Origin: Bacteroidaceae bacterium
Lineage (GTDB): Bacteria; Bacteroidota; Bacteroidia; Bacteroidales; Bacteroidaceae
Assembly (NCBI GenBank): GCA_024398615.1
Contig: JAKSIU010000002.1
Location: forward strand, 10,036-74,035
Length of the DNA stretch: 64,000 nucleotides
Direction of reading: 5' to 3'
Part shown: positions 9,068 through 20,314 of the stretch, one piece after another
Layout of the letters: the number at the start of each line of letters is the position of its first letter
Numbering within the stretch: the first letter of the stretch is position 1
Program-made: the position numbers and the translations under genes
Notes under the pieces: model-generated
Database searches by the model: none
What the model was told of the DNA's origin: nothing
Seen by the model: only the letters and a program-made list of their open reading frames with translations

Positions 9068-12000
9068 ATGAAATTGCTAACCAAGTTCATCGGCGCAGTG
9101 CTTGCACTTGCATTGCCGGTAGGCGCTTTCGCGCAGAACGTGACGGTTAAGGGACAGGTCATAGACACTAATGGTGAGCCTATGATTGTCGTTAACGTCG
9201 CTCAGGTGGGAACAACGAATGGTACGGTCACCGACATTGACGGTAACTATTCAATCAACGTTCCGTCAAACGCAACACTGCAGTTCTCCTTCATGGGCTA
9301 CAAGACCCAGACTGTTGCTGTTGCCGGTAAGACAACAATCAACGTAACTCTTGAAGAAGACACAGAACTTCTTGACGAAGTCGTTGTCATCGGTTATGGT
9401 GTCCAGAAGAAGAGCGACCTGACAGGTGCTGTCGCTTCTGTACGTCAGGAATCACTCAAGGCACTTTCTACCACTGATGCAGCAGCCGCTCTTTAGGGTA
9501 AGGTTTCAGGTATCAACGTCATGAATAACGGTGCTCCTGGCAGCGCTTCCGAAATCCGTGTCCGCGGTTATTCATCTAACGGTGGCAATGTCTCACCTCT
9601 TTATGTCGTTGATGGTCTTGAAGTAAGCAGCATCCAGTATCTTGATCCTTCAATGATTGAATCAATTGAAATTCTGAAGGATGCCGCATCGGCAGCCATT
9701 TACGGTGCTCAGGCCGGTAACGGTGTTGTCCTTGTCACAACCAAGACCGGTAACGAGAGCAAGGCTGTTGTCAACTACACCGGCAAGTTCACCCGTCAGG
9801 ACTATACCAGACGCCCTGTCATGAACCGTGAGGAATTCCTCCGTTATAAGACATACGAACTTGGCGAGAAGGATGTCGCAACCAATCTGCAGCGTTTCGA
9901 CTACAGCCATCCGGATTATACTGGTGGTGTAATCGACACAGACTGGATAGGCGCATATCTTGAGCCTTCATGGAGCAAGCAGCATTCACTGAGCGTATCA
10001 GGCGGTAACAACAACGGCCACTACTTCACTTCTGTCAATTTCGTGAACAATGACGGTGTCGTAAGAGGAGACAAGGATGTATACAAGCGTCTTACAGCTC
10101 AGATCAACGCTGACTACAATATCTTCAAGTGGTTGCAGGTCGGTTCAACCATGTCAATTGAAAAGTGGTCGACAAAGAGCGTTTCACAGCGTGGCTATAC
10201 CTCATCATTCGAGCAGATGCTTCTTATGGATCCTCTGACTCCGGTTTACTGGAAGACTCCTGAAGAGATGTCTCTCGAAGTCAAGACTGCATGGGATGCA
10301 TGTCAGGCAGGCACTTCAGCAACAGACTACCGTTTCCTCGGTGATGATAACGGATTCTTTGCCAATACAAAGTATTCTGATATGGAAGGTTCCGCTCTTG
10401 CAAAGCGTGACATTTCAGACGGTACAAACGAAGGATTCAATATTAATGGTACCCTGTATGGTAACCTGATGCCGGTCAAGGGTCTGACCATCACCTCACG
10501 TCTCGGTTACAGACTCAACCAGAGCAATGCCCACAGCTATCAGGCTCCTTATTACATTGGCGGTCGTGGTTCTTCAACCACCTATTCAATTTCTGCAAAC
10601 GCAACCAACGGATATTACTATCAGTGGGAAAATTTTGCGAACTACAATCTCAATATCGGAAAGAACAGCATTGGTGCAATGGCCGGTATGTCATATCGCG
10701 AAACCAACAGCGACGGTGTCAATGTAAGTTCATCAGGTACAGATATTCTTAAGGGATATGCAGAAAACTTCCGTTATATCTCATACCTTAAGGACGCTGC
10801 ATCAAAGACCGTTTCCAATGCTCCAAGCAGGAGCGCTTCTCTGGCTTATTTCGGTCGTCTGACGTACAGCTATGACAACCGCTACAGCTTGCAGGCAAAC
10901 TTCCGTGCTGACGCATTCGACTCATCAAAACTGTCAAAGGACAATCGTTGGGGCTATTTCCCATCAGTTTCAGCAGGTTGGACAATCAGCAATGAAAACT
11001 TCTTCAAGGACAATTTTGATTCATCGACATTCAGTTTCCTGAAACTCCGTGCTTCATGGGGCCGTAACGGTAATGTCAGTGTCCTGAACGGATATCCTTA
11101 TGCATCAACCATTTCAGTAGGTTCTTCATGGTATCAGTATGGTGTTGACACTCCGGGTAATACCGATGGTTCAGCTCCTGGCAAACTGGCCAATCCTAAT
11201 CTCCACTGGGAAATTTCAGAGCAGGTTGACCTTGGTCTTGACGCACGTTTCCTTGACAACCGCCTGACAGTTGGCATGGACTACTATGACAAGCATACGA
11301 AGGACCTTCTTTTCAGTGTTTCCACTCCTCCTGAACTCGGTGTAAGCAGCGTAATGAGCAATGGCGGTGATGTCCAGAACAGAGGCTTTGAATTCGAAGC
11401 CGGTTGGAGAGACCGTATCGGCAAGTTCAATTACAATGTAAGCGCCAACTTCACGACTCTGCACAATGAAGTCATTTCACTGGCCGATGGTGCAGCTCCT
11501 GAATACAAGACCGATGCCAGCTCAACCAACTACCAGATCCGCAATGCCTTTGAACCGGGCTATTCTGTATGGTATCTGAACGGCTTCAAGTATGCCGGAA
11601 TGGACGAGGACGGCAATCCTACATATTGGGGCTTTGACGAGGAAGGAAAGGAAGTGATCAAGAGCAGTACTGAGGTCGGAACCGGTGACATGCAGTTCAT
11701 CGGCAACTCAACTCCTACATTCACATACGGCTTCAACATTGATCTCGAATACAGAGGCTTTGACTTGATCCTGAACGGTTACGGCCAGGGCGGCAATTCA
11801 ATCATGCCGGTTCTTCACCGCACAGGTTACAAGAACAATCTGAAGTATTATCTGGAGAACTCGAGAACACCGGAGAATCCTGACGGAGATCTTCCAAGTC
11901 CTGAAGTGGTTGCAGGTGACTACGTTTACTGGTCATCAACCGCTAACCTGTTCAAGGGCAATTTCTTCCGTTTCAAGCAAATTCAGCTGGGTTACACACT

Positions 12001-12199
12001 CCCGTCAAAACTTACAAAGAAGGCTGCCATCAGCAATCTTCGTCTCTACGTTTCACTTGATGACTTCTTTACCATCACAAAGTATCCTGGACTTGATCCT
12101 GAAACCGCATCAACCAACAGCACAAGCGGTGCCGGTCTTGACTGGGGCTCATATCCTACAATGCAGAAGCTCATCTTCGGTGTTAATCTTACGTTCTAA
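9068..12199 (+). pseudogene. susC: SusC/RagA-family TonB-dependent outer-membrane transporter interrupted by a single in-frame TAG (9494-9496)
   Basis: ORFs 9068-9496 and 9521-12199 are in the same frame. The N-terminal part is a signal peptide, a carboxypeptidase-regulatory-like domain and the start of the plug (VVVIGYGVQKKSDLTGAV). The stop falls inside the conserved AL-Q-GKVSGINV plug motif, and the downstream part is a full beta-barrel ending in ...GVNLTF. Confidence 0.85.
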
Positions 12200-12213
12200 T
12201 CATTGCTATCAAT

Positions 12214-14016
12214 ATGAAAAAATATATTATTCCCGTTTCTTTAGTGCTGGCTCTGGGCCTGGCTTCCTGCCAGGATAAGCTGGATATCCCCCAGAAGGGT
12301 GTTATCGCTACAGAGAATTTCTATGCATCAGATGCTGATGCGGCTGCAGCACTTGCCGATATGTATGCCAACTACGCTGATCAGGTGGCAGGAACTGAGG
12401 GTATTGACAACCCTGAGCAGGTAATTCTGAACTATTCAGCCGATGATATCTATTCGGCAGGTAAGAATTTTACAGACCACGATGCATTCCGTATTTTCGA
12501 TGAGTTCCAGTATGACAATTCAAGTGGAACACTGAAATCCGCATACGAGCGCTACTATTTTGCAATCTATCATGCAAACCTCGTGATTTCAAACTTCACG
12601 ACAGAAAACCGTACAGGCAGGAAGCCGAACTTTGAAAGTTCATTCACAAAGCAGTGTGTTGCTGAAGCTCGTGTAATGCGTGCATATCTGCACATGATGA
12701 CTGCCATCATCTGGAACCAGCCACCTTTGATGGACCGTGTATATGAAGGCGACGAGATGCCTCCCGTCAACGATGAAAAGACTCAGGAAGAGATCCTTCA
12801 GTGGGTTATCGACGAGTGCGATAAGGCAATTGCTTCAGGTTTCCTGCCCAAACGTAATGGCACAGGTGACAAGGATGCTACAGCCCGCATGAGTGTCGGT
12901 TTCGCTCAGTTCGTCGCAGGAAAAGCTGCAATGTTCAAGAACGATGCCGCTACAGCCCGCAAGTATCTTGGCAATCTTATAGAATCAAAAGACTATGATC
13001 TTGTTCCAAGCGAACTGTTCTGGACCAATTTCCATGTTGAGGGAGACGGCAATTCGGAAAAGATTTTCGAACCGAACTTCATTGATGATCCCGCATTCTG
13101 CTCAAACCGTTGGGCTAAGGGTGTGATGCGTGACCGTTGGATGGTTGCCAACGTCTTCTCATGGCGTGTAAAGAGCCTTCTTTCAATTCCGGTACAGCAC
13201 ATCAGCGACGGCTGGGGTGGTGGTGCCATTCAGGAGGACTTTGCAGAGAAGTTCTATCAGCATGACGGTGATTCACCACGTCGTAAGGCATGTTTCCTTA
13301 CAGCAGATGAATTCCTGTATGAGATGGAATGGTCTGGTTCGGAATTCAATGATGCATCACTTGAAGAGAAACAGTCCGATCCGAAGCGTGGTCTTGCTGT
13401 AGGCGGTCTGTTCGCCCGTGGCAAGTACTTTGAGTGGAAGCACCATGTATATCAGAAGGAACCTAAGATTCTGACAGGTGGTACACAGCCTTTCCGTCCT
13501 GACTATGTTCTCAGCGGTATGGGTGAGAATTCAAATGAAAAGAACTTCCTGGTAGCCCGCTATGCTGAAGCTCTGCTGCTTTACGCTGAGGCATGTATCG
13601 GCTCATCGGACGAGGCAAAGGGTCTGGCTGCTTTGCAGAAGGTTCAGGAGCGTTCCGGTTCGGGCAAGATCAGTTCAAAGCTGACATTCGAAGCCGTAAT
13701 GGAAGAGAAACAGTATGAGATGTGGTTCGAGAGCTGCCGTTTCCCGGATCTGGTTCGTTGGAGCAAGCAGGGTAAGGTTGATCTGGATCAGATTTACAAC
13801 AAGTCAGGTATTCATAAGAATGTTCCTACTGTTCATGACGAATTCTCAGAACCGGACAAACCTAATTTTGGAAAGAAGCATGTTCTTTACGTGACGCATG
13901 ATCCTGTTCCAGGCAATTCGGACTTTGTCGTAGGCAAATACGAATATCTTCCTTTCCCGCGCGATGTCATGACATCAAACAAGAACCTCCACCAAGTTGG
14001 CGGTTGGGCAAAGTGA
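12214..14016 (+). CDS. susD: SusD/RagB-family nutrient-binding outer-membrane lipoprotein
   Basis: Lipobox LGLASCQD, position immediately after susC, TPR-like SusD motifs (ARVMRAYLHM, VARYAEALLLYAEA, EEKQYEMWFESCRFPDLVRW). Confidence 0.9.
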   Translation: MKKYIIPVSLVLALGLASCQDKLDIPQKGVIATENFYASDADAAAALADMYANYADQVAGTEGIDNPEQVILNYSADDIYSAGKNFTDHDAFRIFDEFQYDNSSGTLKSAYERYYFAIYHANLVISNFTTENRTGRKPNFESSFTKQCVAEARVMRAYLHMMTAIIWNQPPLMDRVYEGDEMPPVNDEKTQEEILQWVIDECDKAIASGFLPKRNGTGDKDATARMSVGFAQFVAGKAAMFKNDAATARKYLGNLIESKDYDLVPSELFWTNFHVEGDGNSEKIFEPNFIDDPAFCSNRWAKGVMRDRWMVANVFSWRVKSLLSIPVQHISDGWGGGAIQEDFAEKFYQHDGDSPRRKACFLTADEFLYEMEWSGSEFNDASLEEKQSDPKRGLAVGGLFARGKYFEWKHHVYQKEPKILTGGTQPFRPDYVLSGMGENSNEKNFLVARYAEALLLYAEACIGSSDEAKGLAALQKVQERSGSGKISSKLTFEAVMEEKQYEMWFESCRFPDLVRWSKQGKVDLDQIYNKSGIHKNVPTVHDEFSEPDKPNFGKKHVLYVTHDPVPGNSDFVVGKYEYLPFPRDVMTSNKNLHQVGGWAK

Positions 14017-14054
14017 TTATGTGACAGAAGTTCCCGACAGGGAAAACAATATTT

Positions 14055-14088
14055 GGAGAGGGACCATGAACGGTCCCTCTCCTTTTCA
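14055..14088 (+). terminator. Rho-independent terminator after susD
   Basis: Perfect 11-bp stem ggagagggacc/ggtccctctcc, 6-nt loop, then ttttc. Confidence 0.7.
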
Positions 14089-14127
14089 GTCGGATGATAT
14101 TGCAGATGTACGGCAAATTCTGCATAT

Positions 14128-15561
14128 TTGCATATTGTAATGAACAGAAATAACAATTCAGATTCCAGAACAACAGGTCGTGTTGTCACAACTCTGGCTT
14201 TCCTGGCGACATTCGTCTTTTTCCAGTTTGCGTATCCTTATCATCTGATCCGACGTGAGCAGATGAATCTGTTCCTGTTTGACTGGGACTACATCCGCCA
14301 GACATATTCAGGAATCGGCTGGCTTGCAAGATTTGTAACTGATTTTTTAGAACAGTTCTTTCATCTTCCTTTGGCAGGCCCTTTGACGGTCTCCTTTCTG
14401 TTGACTGCCATTGGCGTATGTACTTTTCGCATTGGCCGATGTCTTGTCAGTGAGAAGCTGTCATCGGTTGTTGCCATGCTCGTGTTCTTCTGGTCATTTA
14501 TGCGTGAGACGGGGAATCTGTATATGACACAATACACTGTGGCAGTTTTGCTGTATCTCCTTATCGTTCTTTTCATTCTGCATTTCCGGAATGCCATGCT
14601 GCTGTATATGTCATTACTTCCTGCAATCCTGTTCGGAGTGTGGGCCATCGGATCGCCTGTTGACAGCAAGTATGGAAAGCTATGGAGCTTACCCAGCCTG
14701 GAGTATGAAAGGATAATAGGTCTGGATGCGGAGGTGGCACGGGAGAATTGGGATAAGGTTCTGGAACTCTCGGAGAAAGACCTGTATATGGTTGAGGCAA
14801 GTTACTGTTACAACCTTGCCCAGGCTATGAAAGGTAATCTGGGTAACCGGCTTTTCAACCATTCCCAGAATGCTGATGCTACATTGCTGTTGCGCATAGC
14901 TCCAGGCCAGACCGTTTTTACCAACTGTCTTGCCGGAGAGGCCTGGTATCAGTTGGGTGAAATGACGGTGGCGGAACAAAGTGCAATCATTTCTTTGCAG
15001 GCTTCACCCAAGCATACAGGAACCCGCTATCTTGTCCGTCTGGCCAAAGTGAATCTTATTACAGGTCAATATGCCGCCGCAAATAAGTACCTCAATATTC
15101 TAAGTGGAACTCTGTTTTACAGGAAATGGGCCATAAGCCAGATGCCCGAAAATCGTGAAACGGATATTGAGTCCGGAAGCCCGGAAAATAGGCCTGAACT
15201 TGTAAAAAAGGATTATGTACATCACTCATATGAGATGCGGACGGTTCTGCTTGGTCTTCTGGAGGCCGATCCTTCCAATGAGATAGCCAGAAATTATCTT
15301 CTTTGCCATGATCTTCTCCGATATGATCTGGAAACGTTCATGGAAGATTATTCTCACGATATGATTGATGCGCACATATATCATGAGGCTGTGCTTATCT
15401 GGCTCAGCCAGCATGACCGCCTGACTGAGCGGAATGCGGCAGAATTCGGAATAAGTCTCAAAGACATTGATAGGATGAATCATTTCTTCCCGAATTCTGC
15501 GCGCTACAGGGATACTTACTGGAACTATTACATGAACGCCCTAATGGAAGAAGAGCCATGA
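14128..15561 (+). CDS. Polytopic membrane protein with a C-terminal helical-repeat domain (DUF6057-like, function unknown)
   Basis: 477 aa. The N-terminal ~190 aa has several hydrophobic helices, and the C-terminal half has TPR-like repeats (YNLAQAMKGNLGN, AGEAWYQLGE, AAANKYLNIL). Family assignment is from memory only. An alternative start is at 14140. Confidence 0.55.
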   Translation: MHIVMNRNNNSDSRTTGRVVTTLAFLATFVFFQFAYPYHLIRREQMNLFLFDWDYIRQTYSGIGWLARFVTDFLEQFFHLPLAGPLTVSFLLTAIGVCTFRIGRCLVSEKLSSVVAMLVFFWSFMRETGNLYMTQYTVAVLLYLLIVLFILHFRNAMLLYMSLLPAILFGVWAIGSPVDSKYGKLWSLPSLEYERIIGLDAEVARENWDKVLELSEKDLYMVEASYCYNLAQAMKGNLGNRLFNHSQNADATLLLRIAPGQTVFTNCLAGEAWYQLGEMTVAEQSAIISLQASPKHTGTRYLVRLAKVNLITGQYAAANKYLNILSGTLFYRKWAISQMPENRETDIESGSPENRPELVKKDYVHHSYEMRTVLLGLLEADPSNEIARNYLLCHDLLRYDLETFMEDYSHDMIDAHIYHEAVLIWLSQHDRLTERNAAEFGISLKDIDRMNHFFPNSARYRDTYWNYYMNALMEEEP

Positions 15562-17030
15562 TGCATAAGATTCTTAAAAACCTGATACTGACATCTTTCG
15601 TATGCATGGTACTGACATGCTGCAGCCAAGGTTATGACAGTACTGCAGTCGACGGGAGCTGTGGCCCGGCTATTATTTACCCTGATTATAAGGATGTTAC
15701 AGTGCCTGCCAATGTGGCTCCGCTTAATTTCCATTATGCGGTGAGAGGTGCGGAAAAGGCTGTGACGGTTTTCTCCATCGGAGACAGGACCGTAAAATTT
15801 AAAGGTATGGAAGTCGAATGGCCATTAGGTAAGTGGAAAACGTTCATGGATGGCGCAGCAGGTCAGAATGTCATCGTGAATGCAGAACTTACGGTTAACG
15901 GCAAGCCGGTGACCGATTCATGGACCATTCATGTCAGTCCGGACCCGATTGATCCATACCTGACCTATCGTCTCATAGAACCGGCTTATCAGATGTTCAA
16001 TGAGGTCTCCATTGTGGAACGCTGTATTGAAAATTTTGATGAAACGGTTATCTGCGATTACAGTAAGACTGACAATTCATGTATGAACTGTCATGTTCAT
16101 GGCCAACAGCGCGGAGACCTGTCGCTATATTACATAAGAGGTGCACATGGAGGGGCAATTCTGAACCGTGACGGAAGACTCAGAAAACTGAACCTGAATG
16201 CCGATGGCATGTTGTCCGGTACGGTATATGGCGAAATACATCCATCCGGCCGTTTCGGAGTCTTCTCGACCAACATTATTGTCCCTGGTTTCCATTCAGT
16301 GGCAGCGAATCGCATGGAAGTCTACGATACGGCATCAGACCTTACTGTAGCTGATTTTGATAACAATGCAATGATCAATGTCGGACATGTTGCAAGGGCT
16401 GATAAGCTGGAAACTTTCCCCTGTTTCTCTTCCGATGGCAAGAGCGTTTTCTATTGTGTTGCGGACACATTGTCTCTACCTGACAATATAAATGATCTCA
16501 AGTATTCTATTGTCCGTGCTGATTTTGATTCCGGGAACGGACACATCGGATCCAGGTGCGATACAGTATGGAACGGTCCTGCAAACAATGCATCGGCCTG
16601 TCATCCTAAGGCATCGCCCGACGGACGGTGGCTCATGTTTACGGTATCGGACTATGGCACATTCCCGTTGTACCATACCGAATCGACGCTTTGCCTGCTC
16701 GATTTGGAAACCGGACAGATAAGTCCGCTTGACTGCATCAAGGGTGACAAATCCGATACTTACCACAGCTGGTCATCGAACGGCCGATGGTTCGTCTTTG
16801 CAAGCAAACGCGGTGACGGACAGTACGGTAAGCCGTATTTCTGCCATATCGACCAGGAGGGGAATGTGACGAAACCCTTTGTTCTTCCGCAGAAAAGTCC
16901 GCGCTTCTACGTCTATAATCTCAAGTCATTCAACATTCCGGATTTGGGAATGTCCTCTACCGGAATGACCTTGAAGGATGCCCGCAGAATGTTCAAGGCT
17001 GAAAGCGAACGTTTCACCCGGGCGGAGTGA
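15558..17030 (+). CDS. Lipoprotein with a CXXCH heme-binding motif and PD40/TolB-like beta-propeller repeats
   Basis: Lipobox VLTCCS; CMNCH motif; repeated SSDGKSVFY, SPDGRWLMF and SSNGRWFVFASKR PD40-type motifs. The start overlaps the upstream stop (ATGA). Confidence 0.6.
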   Translation: MMHKILKNLILTSFVCMVLTCCSQGYDSTAVDGSCGPAIIYPDYKDVTVPANVAPLNFHYAVRGAEKAVTVFSIGDRTVKFKGMEVEWPLGKWKTFMDGAAGQNVIVNAELTVNGKPVTDSWTIHVSPDPIDPYLTYRLIEPAYQMFNEVSIVERCIENFDETVICDYSKTDNSCMNCHVHGQQRGDLSLYYIRGAHGGAILNRDGRLRKLNLNADGMLSGTVYGEIHPSGRFGVFSTNIIVPGFHSVAANRMEVYDTASDLTVADFDNNAMINVGHVARADKLETFPCFSSDGKSVFYCVADTLSLPDNINDLKYSIVRADFDSGNGHIGSRCDTVWNGPANNASACHPKASPDGRWLMFTVSDYGTFPLYHTESTLCLLDLETGQISPLDCIKGDKSDTYHSWSSNGRWFVFASKRGDGQYGKPYFCHIDQEGNVTKPFVLPQKSPRFYVYNLKSFNIPDLGMSSTGMTLKDARRMFKAESERFTRAE

Positions 17031-17126
17031 ACTGTTCACAAAACAATACGCCAAATTGCAACATTGAAAAAAAATGTTGTATGTTTGTCATTCAAAAAAG
17101 TCAATTCAACCAATTACAACTAATTT

Positions 17127-18323
17127 ATGAAGAAGATTATCCTTTCACTCATGGCACTGGTTACAGTGTCTGCAGCTTATGCACAGTTCGGCGGCCGCGG
17201 TCAGGGAAACCCCACCGTTCCTTCAGTAACCGAGAATGTAACTGAGGATTTCAAGCCTGCTTTGAACAATCAGTCAGGTCATCAGTATCCTATGGTAAAT
17301 TCACAGCGTATGGTCCGCGCTCAGATTTCAGCTCCCAACGCTACATCGGTAGGACTTGACATCGACGGCAAGATCTATTCAATGACCAAAAACGAGAATG
17401 GCGTATGGACAGGCACATCGGCTCCTCAGGACGAGGGCTTCCACTACTATCAGCTGAACATTGACGGTGCCAGCGTACCCGATCCGGGCAGCCTGTACTA
17501 CTATGGCGCAAGCCGTTGGGGCAGCGGAATCGAGGTTCCTTCAGGCGACCAGGATTTCTGGCAGGTCAAGAACGTACCTCAGGGCACGATGAACGAGGTT
17601 TACTACTGGTCATCAGTAACCGAGGCAATGCGTCACTGCTACATCTATTTCCCGAATGAGTATTACACCAACACCACCAAGAAGTTCCCGGTACTGTACC
17701 TCATGCACGGTATGGGTGAGAACGAGCATGGTTGGGCTGAGCAGGGTCACACCGCTCAGATCATGGACAACCTGATTGCCGAAAAGAAGGCTGTTCCGTT
17801 CATCATCGTAATTGACTGTCTCGATGCACGTGCAGCTCAGCCCGCACAGCCCGCAGCTCCTCAGGGTGGCCAGCGCCAGGGTGGCTTCGGTGGCTTTGGC
17901 GGCGGTTTCGGCATGGGCGGCGCATTCCAGGATGTCCTGATCAAGGATATCATCCCGATGGTCGAGAAGAACTACCGTGTAATTGCCGATCCTCAGCACC
18001 GTGCAATGGCCGGTCTGTCAATGGGCGGCATGACAACCCATTCAGTAACACTTGCCAATCCTACCACATTCGCATACGTAGGCATGTTCAGCGGCGGTAC
18101 ATTCAACACAGGCGAACTTGAGAACAACGATGATTTCAAGAAGACCAACAAGGTCCTGTTCATGAGCTGCGGCGGTAAGGAGAACATGGGTGTCATGGAA
18201 GCTGCCGAGAACCTCAAGAAGATAGGCATCAACGCAACCGGTTACATTTCAGAAGGTACAGCCCACGAGTGGCACACATGGCGCCGTTCACTGTATCAGT
18301 TCGTACAGCTCTGTTTCAAATAA
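17127..18323 (+). CDS. Secreted carbohydrate esterase (esterase D/CE1-like alpha/beta hydrolase with an N-terminal Ig-like module)
   Basis: Signal peptide; N-terminal E-set-like module (GFHYYQLNIDG); VLYLMHGMGENEHGW; nucleophile elbow GLSMGG; C-terminal HEWHTWR; internal Gly/Phe-rich insert. Confidence 0.8.
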   Translation: MKKIILSLMALVTVSAAYAQFGGRGQGNPTVPSVTENVTEDFKPALNNQSGHQYPMVNSQRMVRAQISAPNATSVGLDIDGKIYSMTKNENGVWTGTSAPQDEGFHYYQLNIDGASVPDPGSLYYYGASRWGSGIEVPSGDQDFWQVKNVPQGTMNEVYYWSSVTEAMRHCYIYFPNEYYTNTTKKFPVLYLMHGMGENEHGWAEQGHTAQIMDNLIAEKKAVPFIIVIDCLDARAAQPAQPAAPQGGQRQGGFGGFGGGFGMGGAFQDVLIKDIIPMVEKNYRVIADPQHRAMAGLSMGGMTTHSVTLANPTTFAYVGMFSGGTFNTGELENNDDFKKTNKVLFMSCGGKENMGVMEAAENLKKIGINATGYISEGTAHEWHTWRRSLYQFVQLCFK

Positions 18324-18332
18324 TCAACCTAA

Positions 18333-19664
<1,332 letters not shown>

Positions 19665-19685
19665 TACCCGCGTGATATCATTTAT

Positions 19686-19727
19686 AAGAGGCGGTGTCGG
19701 TCAAACGGCACCGCCTCTTGTCTTTAT
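19686..19727 (+). terminator. Rho-independent terminator after esterase 2
   Basis: Stem aagaggcggtg (19686-19696) pairs with caccgcctctt (19709-19719), followed by gtctttat. Confidence 0.65.
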
Positions 19728-19746
19728 GACAACTTGAATCCCGATT

Positions 19747-20145
19747 AAGGTTTTGGATGATGGATGGGTGGGCTGTGCGGACTGCCGCTCCATGGCCTGC
19801 TCCTGCGGCTTTCCAGGCTGAAACGCGGAACTTGCGGCTCCGCCGCTTCAAACAGCCGCGTTTCTTCACGCCTGGAAGGCCTTGTCGCCAATCGGCCATT
19901 CCACGGAAAGTCCGCACAGCCCACCCATCCATCATCCAAAAATGTCGCGGGCACTACGCTTGGTAATCCGCCAAAAATGGGTGCGTGAAAACAGACCAGC
20001 AAAGCACTTTTTTGGCACCCAAGCCGCTTTTTCAGGCCGATGGGTACACACCATTGCCCTACATACGTGATTCCATGCACCCAGTTTTGGCAAAAGACCA
20101 TGGAGCGTTTAACCCGCCACGCCTGCATCCACCATCCAAAACCTT
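19747..20145. repeat. GC-rich nested foldback (MITE-like) element: perfect 33-bp inverted repeat plus a third terminal copy
   Basis: ttttggatgatggatgggtgggctgtgcggact (19751-19783) is the exact reverse complement of 19909-19941. There is an inner hairpin gaaacgcgg...ccgcgtttc. A third copy, catccaccatccaaaacctt (20126-20145), pairs with 19747-19766 with 1 mismatch. Confidence 0.85.
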
Positions 20146-20314
20146 GAAAACTCAGACGCTCTATAATTCCTGGAACGTCCCCAATAGATTTCCACTGAGC
20201 CATAAGAATACTGAAAAATTGTGCAGATTCCGATAAAATGCAGTATCTTTAAGCCCAAATACGTATTCATACTAACTAATTCATTTATAAACAACCAAAC
20301 ATTTAAAGTTCACT

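Noticed and set aside
9494-9496. TAG reassignment (genetic-code change) as an explanation for the susC internal stop.
   Set aside because: TAG clearly terminates other well-defined genes at their expected ends (for example trmB at 26871-26873), so standard code 11 applies.
9068-9496. The 142-aa ORF as an independent small carboxypeptidase-regulatory-domain protein.
   Set aside because: It is in frame with, and continuous in homology with, the downstream SusC barrel. It is the N-terminal part of the same gene.
17027-17245. 72-aa ORF overlapping the start of esterase 1.
   Set aside because: It has no protein-like features. The esterase start at 17127, with a clean signal peptide, explains the region.
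19901-19915. The string ggaaagtccg, reminiscent of the conserved RNase P RNA motif.
   Set aside because: It is only a ~10-nt resemblance, lies inside the inverted-repeat arm, and the surrounding sequence lacks the other conserved RNase P helices.
19678-19966. Two ORFs on opposite strands that both start with MMDGWAVRT (19678-19935 minus and 19757-19966 plus), and the 152-aa ORF at 19745-20203.
   Set aside because: The identical N-termini are a direct consequence of the perfect 33-bp inverted repeat. The sequences are Arg/Pro/Gly-rich non-protein-like translations of the foldback element.
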